From the NCBI GenBank assembly GCA_037447435.1, contig JBBIGR010000007.1:64001-128000 (forward strand): a stretch of DNA of 64,000 nucleotides, in the 5' to 3' direction. Below the pieces are notes generated by a model that saw nothing but the letters and a program-made list of their open reading frames with translations, was not told where the DNA came from and did not search any database. A program made the translations under genes and the position numbers. Source of the DNA: Fibrobacteria bacterium. GTDB taxonomy: Bacteria; Fibrobacterota; Chitinivibrionia; Chitinivibrionales; FEN-1185. Positions 58,303 through 64,000 of the stretch are shown here, piece after piece. Numbering within the stretch: the stretch's first letter is position 1; the number at the start of each line of letters is the position of its first letter.

Positions 58303-59157
58303 TCATTCAAACACGACTGTTTTGTTTTCGTATCTGATGATCCGGTGTTCGAGCTGTGCACGAATTGCGTTTGCCAAGGCAACGGTTTCGAGGTTGCGTC
58401 CTTTACGCTTGAGCGTATCGACGTTGTCGCGATGCGAAACGCGTTCGACCGCCTGTTCGATTATCGGCCCTTCATCGAGATCGCTGGTGACGTAGTGCGC
58501 GGTGGCGCCGATGATCTTGACGCCGCGTTTGAATGCCTGCCGGTAGGGGTTAGCCCCTTTGAACGAGGGCAGAAAGCTATGATGGATATTGATGATTTCG
58601 CCGGGATACGCGGTAACGAAATCGTCCGAAAGTATCTGCATGTAGCGGGCAAGCACCAGAAAATCGGTCGTGCGATTGACAAGAGAAAGAACTTGCTTTT
58701 CCTGAACCGTTTTATTTTCGGGTTGCACCGGAAGAAACATGAACGGAATTCCATGTCGCGTTACTTCCTCGGCAACGTCCTGGTGATTGCTGATGACCAG
58801 CGGTATTTCCGCATGAAGTTCGCCGATTTTCCACCGGTACAGGATATCGAACAGGCAATGGTCCTGCTTCGAAACTAGTATGCCCATTCTATCGGGCTTG
58901 CTTGCATAATGCATGCGCCAGGTCGCGCCGTTGAACGTTCGCGCAAGCGCGGCGAACCGTTCTTCCAGGAGTTTGGGCGGCGAGGCCAATGGGTCAAAAC
59001 AGAATTCGAGCCGCAAGAAAAACCTGCCGTTTGCAGGGTCCGTGGAATGCTGATCCGAGGCGATGATGTTGGCATCGTGACGAAATGCAAAATCCGATAT
59101 TTTTGCGACAATTCCCTTTTGGTCGGCACATTGGATAAGAAGTACTGCTGTTTCCAT
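58303..59157 (-). CDS. purU: Formyltetrahydrofolate deformylase
   Basis: ACT domain (C.D..GIVA); LARYMQILS; INIHHSFLPSF.GA.PY; DLDEGPII. Confidence 0.96.
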   Translation of the reverse strand: METAVLLIQCADQKGIVAKISDFAFRHDANIIASDQHSTDPANGRFFLRLEFCFDPLASPPKLLEERFAALARTFNGATWRMHYASKPDRMGILVSKQDHCLFDILYRWKIGELHAEIPLVISNHQDVAEEVTRHGIPFMFLPVQPENKTVQEKQVLSLVNRTTDFLVLARYMQILSDDFVTAYPGEIINIHHSFLPSFKGANPYRQAFKRGVKIIGATAHYVTSDLDEGPIIEQAVERVSHRDNVDTLKRKGRNLETVALANAIRAQLEHRIIRYENKTVVFE

Positions 59158-59184
59158 GAAGGACAAAATACTTTGTTCCAAAAT

Positions 59185-59216
59185 AAAAAAGCCCCTGCTT
59201 TGAAAAAGCAAGGGCT
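59185..59216 (-). terminator. Intrinsic terminator after the C1-like peptidase gene
   Basis: AGCCC.TGCTTT/AAAGCA.GGGCT stem; A-run gives a U-tail on the minus strand. Confidence 0.6.
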
Positions 59217-59242
59217 AAAAAGCGGCGTTAAATCGGGATTTG

Positions 59243-60892
59243 CTAATTGTTTACGATGACCTTTGTCGATATCTGACGCGTTGTTCCGTCCCGATTTTGT
59301 ATGGAAACCGAAGCAATGTAGGTTCCCTGGCTAACGGGGCGGCCGAAATAATCGCGCATGTCCCAGGAGGCCCTTCCCTTCGAGTCGTTCGGGCATGCTT
59401 TTGTCAGAATAGTGCGACCCGCGACATTCTTGACTTGCAGTAATGCGGAGCGCATGGCGTCGCTGCCGGCGAAACTAAAAATTACCGTTTTTTCACCCGG
59501 AACGATCGACGCGATGAGGCCGTTGCCCTGGTGATTCGCCGCTGCTTTTTGCATGTCGATTTTCGAGGGAATCGCTCCTGTCCAGGGAACGCTCATGAGA
59601 ATTGTTCCGCCGATCGCCTGATTCGTTTTTGTACAGGCTATTTCTCTGACTGTGGCGCCGGTGTAATCTTCGAGCGCCAGCGAATTGACCTGTCCCGTGC
59701 CTCCCTTGGAAATGATTTTCAAAAAGAACGTTCCCTGTCCGCCGTTTACAACGGAAGAGAAATCGGTGAGGTCGAGCCCGATTTCGATCGTGGAACTTTT
59801 CCCGCCTCCGCACATGGGCAGGGAACCGCCGGCATAGTTAAATGCGCCGGCATAGTCCATGGTCGCGGTCGGCGCGGTCGCGGTAGCGGAATTTGCCGCA
59901 CCGGTCATGATGCAGATCTGGTTGCGCTGATTATGCGTCAAGCTAATCTTAAAAGTAAATTTTGGAGAATAATCTTTTTTAAGCCTGCAAAACATGACGT
60001 GATTGTTGCCGGAAGGATTGTTATACCATGGTGCCCCCGAATGCAGCATCGAATAGGGAAGCCAGTAATCCCCGGTTCCCCAATGCGCCTGGCACAGCCA
60101 GCATCCGCCGTTGAAATTGTCGTCGTAACCGCAAATAGAAAGCGCATGACCGCCGCCGCCGCCGAGTCCGGTAAGTACTTTTCGGCCGCCGATCGTTGAC
60201 GTGGGCATGGATTCGGAATTGGCTTGGAAAGATAGTATCGCACCGGCCGGTGAGCCGTCTGCATAATCATAAACGATCTGTTTGATAAGATTGTCGCCGG
60301 CCGTTGTGCCCGGGTCGATCTTGTAATATTGATCGACGCGGATTTTCATTGCCTTGTAATATTTATCGTAACCGCTCATCCAGACCGATGCCGGATCAAC
60401 GGTGTTGTCCCCGTCTGCCCCAAATCCGCCGAAATCAGTTGACGTGGGACACCCGGTTGCCTTTAAAATGTCGAATGCTTCGACATACATCCATCCGTCG
60501 CCACCGGTTGCCTGGTTTGCATTATCAAGAAAATGATACGTGTAGTTATAAGTATAAAGCGGATACTGACCGGAAGAGGCCACTTTCTGATATGTCTGCA
60601 CCGCATAATCGTAGCTGAAACTTACTGCGCTTGCATTGGCGCAACTCCACCCGTCTATGCACCAGCCAACCGGCGGCATATATGATTTTGCCGCAGCATC
60701 GGTTTCGTGGTTTACTACTGCAGGAAGAGGATGTGCGGTGCGGTCTTTATAAATATCGGGCAAAACGAAATCAGGAATCGAAGCGATTTTGGCTGATGTC
60801 ATTGTTCCGAATTGTCCGCGAATCTGGGTTTGTGCCATGGCTGATGCAAGGAGACAAGATAGGATCAATGACATTCGAAAAACGGCTTTCAT
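59243..60892 (-). CDS. Papain-like (C1) cysteine peptidase homolog, secreted, with FlgD-Ig/T9SS-like C-terminus
   Basis: LPAVVN...PPVG...WSC; GHALSICGYDD; W...HWG; WD.RD..GRPV..GTY. Confidence 0.7.
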   Translation of the reverse strand: MKAVFRMSLILSCLLASAMAQTQIRGQFGTMTSAKIASIPDFVLPDIYKDRTAHPLPAVVNHETDAAAKSYMPPVGWCIDGWSCANASAVSFSYDYAVQTYQKVASSGQYPLYTYNYTYHFLDNANQATGGDGWMYVEAFDILKATGCPTSTDFGGFGADGDNTVDPASVWMSGYDKYYKAMKIRVDQYYKIDPGTTAGDNLIKQIVYDYADGSPAGAILSFQANSESMPTSTIGGRKVLTGLGGGGGHALSICGYDDNFNGGCWLCQAHWGTGDYWLPYSMLHSGAPWYNNPSGNNHVMFCRLKKDYSPKFTFKISLTHNQRNQICIMTGAANSATATAPTATMDYAGAFNYAGGSLPMCGGGKSSTIEIGLDLTDFSSVVNGGQGTFFLKIISKGGTGQVNSLALEDYTGATVREIACTKTNQAIGGTILMSVPWTGAIPSKIDMQKAAANHQGNGLIASIVPGEKTVIFSFAGSDAMRSALLQVKNVAGRTILTKACPNDSKGRASWDMRDYFGRPVSQGTYIASVSIQNRDGTTRQISTKVIVNN

Positions 60893-61158
60893 GACGGTTC
60901 CTCCTTTACACATTGGATATTTTAGCGATTAAACATTCGTTCAATATGGTTGTATATATTTATATATACAAATAAAGGCTGCACTCATATAATAACAAAC
61001 CCATTTGAATTGCGCTGAAAATATTATTCGTCGTTTTTGACAAAACAGGCAAGTTGTCTCTATACGAACAGATTTTAAAGGAAGAAAAAACCGTATCCTG
61101 ATTGTATGCGGGGAAATGAAAACGCCGGATTAAGAGACCGCTTCGGGCATAAAAGCAA

Positions 61159-61185
61159 AACCCTGCCGAAACATCGGCAGGGCTC
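61159..61185. terminator. Stem-loop after the RCC1-repeat gene
   Basis: CCCTGCCGA-AACA-TCGGCAGGG with flanking A-run. Confidence 0.55.
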
Positions 61186-61226
61186 ATAAAAGTTTTTTAC
61201 AGTAAGCAAATCGGCGAAAACCCGAA

Positions 61227-64000
61227 TTAAAAGATCAATTGTACGGGTGTTGTTTTGGATGTCGTGGTTCCATCCCCTAATTGACCATAAGAGTTCGATC
61301 CGGCCGCCCATACGGTATTGTTGGTTTTAATGTAAAATGTAAAGGTGCTGTTGGTCGGCGCGGCGATTGCCGAGACGCCGGTGGTCACCTGTACGGGAGT
61401 ATAGGTGGTAGACAGGCTTGCACTGCACAATTGGCCATAGCTGTTTTGTCCCATTGCCCACAGGGAATTGTCGCTTTTTACATATAGGGAATGATAAGAA
61501 CCTGCGGTAATAGACACCACATCGGTCGCGACCTGTACGGGCGTCGATTTGGACGTTGTTGAGCCGTCTCCCAATTGGCCGTAGGAATTATATCCCGACG
61601 TCCACAATGTTTTGTCATTTTTCAATATCAATAAATGGTAATATCCCGCGGAAACGGTAGCGACGTTTGTCATTACCTGGGCAAGGGTATATGCGGTGCC
61701 GGTTGTTCCGGTTCCAAGTTGACCGTAGGTATTGTATCCTGCAACCCATAACGTGCTGTCTGCCTTTACAATGCAAGAAACCATGTACCCGGCGATCGCC
61801 GATTTTACGCCGGCCAGGACTTGGGTCGGCGCGTATTTGCTTGTTGTCAATCCGTCGGCCAATTGGCCGTAGGTGTTTGACCCGGTTGTCCACAGCGTAC
61901 CGTCGTTTTTCAGGATGAGAGTATGGTTGTATCCTGCGGAAACGGACGCCACATTGGTCATGATTTGTACCGGACTGGTTTTGGTGGTGGTGGTCCCGTC
62001 ACCCAATTGTCCGTAGCCGTTGTATCCCATTGCCCACAAGGTCCCGTCGCTTTTTAGAGCCATTGTAAATTCATAACCGCAGGAAACCGCAACAACGCCG
62101 GACATGACCTTGACCGGCAGGGTTCTGCTCGTTGTCGTTCCGTCGCCCAATTGTCCGTACGAATTATCCCCTGTCGCCCATAAGGTACTGTCGGTACGCA
62201 AAAACATGGAATGATCGGTTGCGGCGGCAACGGATTTGACCGGGACGTATACCGTCTGGTTTACCTTGACGGTATACGGTCCCATATACGAAGCGCTTTG
62301 CGAGTATTGGGTGATTTGTATGAAAAGCGTGTCGTTGGCAACCGGCGTGATCGACAGGATATTTGACGAACCATAATTATATGCGCTATATGAAACCGAA
62401 GATCCGAGATACGCGTAGGTATAATGCATGAAGAGCGCCTGAGTCGTGATCTTGTAATTATTGCCCGCAGTCACTGGTATTTTTACCCAGTCGGTATCGA
62501 ACATGGCCAATGTTCTTGATTGTATGGAATCGGGCATTATGGATTTCGCAAGGCTCCGGATATTGTCGTTTTCATAGGCGTCCGGATTTGGCGGCAATAT
62601 GCGGCTCATTGACACGGTATAACGTTGTACCGGCGTCAATGACGAAGACGAGGTTATACGGTAATAGAGCGTGTCGTTTTTAAGCGGCGTATACGTGAAA
62701 GTATTCGTATAGCTCGATTTACTCAGAATCAATGAATCCCTTGAGTTGAATTCATAGACGTACAAGTAATTCAGCGAACTCGAACTGGTCATGGTAACGG
62801 TGTATGTCGCACCCACAAGAACCGGGAACGCAACCCAGTCGGTATCGTTTATGGTAAGCGAATGGTTTTCACTTGTAAGCGCCGTATCTTTTATGATGCG
62901 TGCTTTCAACTTGGTGTTGTCGTTCTCAAGCGAGTCTGCGGCGACCAACGTGCCGTTCAAAACGCTGAGCGCCTGCAGGGAATACGACCCGGTCACTGCT
63001 GCGGTTTTTCCCGTCACCCGGATATAATACGTACCGCCCAAAACGCTCTTCCAAGAAACCATTGCGTTCTTGTCGCCGTTGCCGATATCGTCGTTTTCCA
63101 TAATCGGTGTCGATCCGCTGCTCGAAAATAACGCGAGCTTGGTGTCGGTACTACCGGTCGTCACTATTGCGATCGAATCGCCGGGTGTGGCGGTATACAT
63201 GACCCAATCGGTATCCGCAGGCAACAGGATACGGCTTTGTGCCGAGGACGAAAGCAGAGACGCCTTTGTTCGAATGGAGTCGGGTTCGTAACTGTCGTTA
63301 TAAAACTGTCCCTGCACCGAAAGCGTATAGGAAACGGCGGTATAACCGTTCGGTCGATAAATCATGAGATAGGCGGTATCCGAAGTCGTGGGGGAATAGG
63401 TAATCGACGAGTTCGTACTGGAGGTATAGTTGATATAGCTTGATGACGTGTTATTATAGAGATACATATACACCGTTGTCGACAACGAAGCGATTGTCCG
63501 GATAGTGTATTGTTTTCCTGCGATTACGGGGAAAGCGACCCAATCGGTATCGCCAACGGAATTCACGACCGTAAGCGTACGGTCTTGCAGAAGCGAGTCT
63601 TTTGGAAAGTATTTGGCTTTTGCCTGGGCCTTTGTATTATCGTTTTCAAATTCATCAGGTACCGTCGGTTGCAGCATGACCGAAAGCGACAATATATAAT
63701 TGAGCGCCGTAGAATAAGAGGAGGTCACGCGAACATAAACCGTGTCCGTTGCAGAGCTATTGAGGCTTAGCGTATAGGACGGACCTTGCAATACGGTCCC
63801 GTCTTTTGAAAACATTGTAGCGGAAACGTACGATGTATTTGAACAGGTCAAGGTATATTGTCGCCCCTCAACCACCGGGAGTTTTACCCAGTCGGTATCG
63901 CCGATTGTCAGGCTGCGGGTTTGAACGGTGCTATTTCCGGAAATGAGTTTTGCCGTTGCACGGGTATTATCGTTTTCATAAATATCGGGAGTGACCAATG
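61227..64000 (-). CDS. Large surface protein, partial (5' end outside window): at least 5 PPC-like repeats plus C-terminal RCC1 repeats
   Basis: DxxExDxxxxxA...DTDWV five times; G.N.YGQL about 7 times. Confidence 0.85.
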   Translation of the reverse strand, partial: LVTPDIYENDNTRATAKLISGNSTVQTRSLTIGDTDWVKLPVVEGRQYTLTCSNTSYVSATMFSKDGTVLQGPSYTLSLNSSATDTVYVRVTSSYSTALNYILSLSVMLQPTVPDEFENDNTKAQAKAKYFPKDSLLQDRTLTVVNSVGDTDWVAFPVIAGKQYTIRTIASLSTTVYMYLYNNTSSSYINYTSSTNSSITYSPTTSDTAYLMIYRPNGYTAVSYTLSVQGQFYNDSYEPDSIRTKASLLSSSAQSRILLPADTDWVMYTATPGDSIAIVTTGSTDTKLALFSSSGSTPIMENDDIGNGDKNAMVSWKSVLGGTYYIRVTGKTAAVTGSYSLQALSVLNGTLVAADSLENDNTKLKARIIKDTALTSENHSLTINDTDWVAFPVLVGATYTVTMTSSSSLNYLYVYEFNSRDSLILSKSSYTNTFTYTPLKNDTLYYRITSSSSLTPVQRYTVSMSRILPPNPDAYENDNIRSLAKSIMPDSIQSRTLAMFDTDWVKIPVTAGNNYKITTQALFMHYTYAYLGSSVSYSAYNYGSSNILSITPVANDTLFIQITQYSQSASYMGPYTVKVNQTVYVPVKSVAAATDHSMFLRTDSTLWATGDNSYGQLGDGTTTSRTLPVKVMSGVVAVSCGYEFTMALKSDGTLWAMGYNGYGQLGDGTTTTKTSPVQIMTNVASVSAGYNHTLILKNDGTLWTTGSNTYGQLADGLTTSKYAPTQVLAGVKSAIAGYMVSCIVKADSTLWVAGYNTYGQLGTGTTGTAYTLAQVMTNVATVSAGYYHLLILKNDKTLWTSGYNSYGQLGDGSTTSKSTPVQVATDVVSITAGSYHSLYVKSDNSLWAMGQNSYGQLCSASLSTTYTPVQVTTGVSAIAAPTNSTFTFYIKTNNTVWAAGSNSYGQLGDGTTTSKTTPVQLIF

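Overview
Gene-dense bacterial chromosomal window of about 55 CDS. I found no rRNA, tRNA, CRISPR array, integrase or transposase. Several secreted proteins carry T9SS/FlgD-like C-terminal domains, which suggests an FCB-group organism, possibly Fibrobacterota/Chitinivibrionia (inference only). Housekeeping content: nhaD, hsp20, metK, ettA, xseAB, ispA, ymdB-like, purU, larC, moxR/DUF58, mlaE, cidA/lrgB and an MFS sugar porter. Other content: secreted glycoside hydrolases (GH2, GH5, GH43), peptidases (S9, C1-like, M20), two type II toxin-antitoxin pairs and a complete hypABFCDE set. The most notable observations are: (1) a signal-peptide-bearing FIST protein coupled to a TM-HAMP-PAS-PP2C phosphatase; (2) a group 3b hydrogenase-like operon with a truncated gamma subunit fused to delta and no large subunit; (3) a 106-nt nested hairpin and a separate promoter- and terminator-bounded candidate sRNA; (4) an S9 peptidase whose last helix lies beyond an in-frame TAG; (5) sigma54 promoter motifs ahead of a small-protein/hsp20 unit and a degenerate radical SAM gene; (6) a cluster of palindromes upstream of two tandem secreted paralogs; (7) aryl-polyene/flexirubin-type ammonia-lyase and acyltransferase genes without PKS genes. 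All family calls come from motif recognition by eye, with no database searches.
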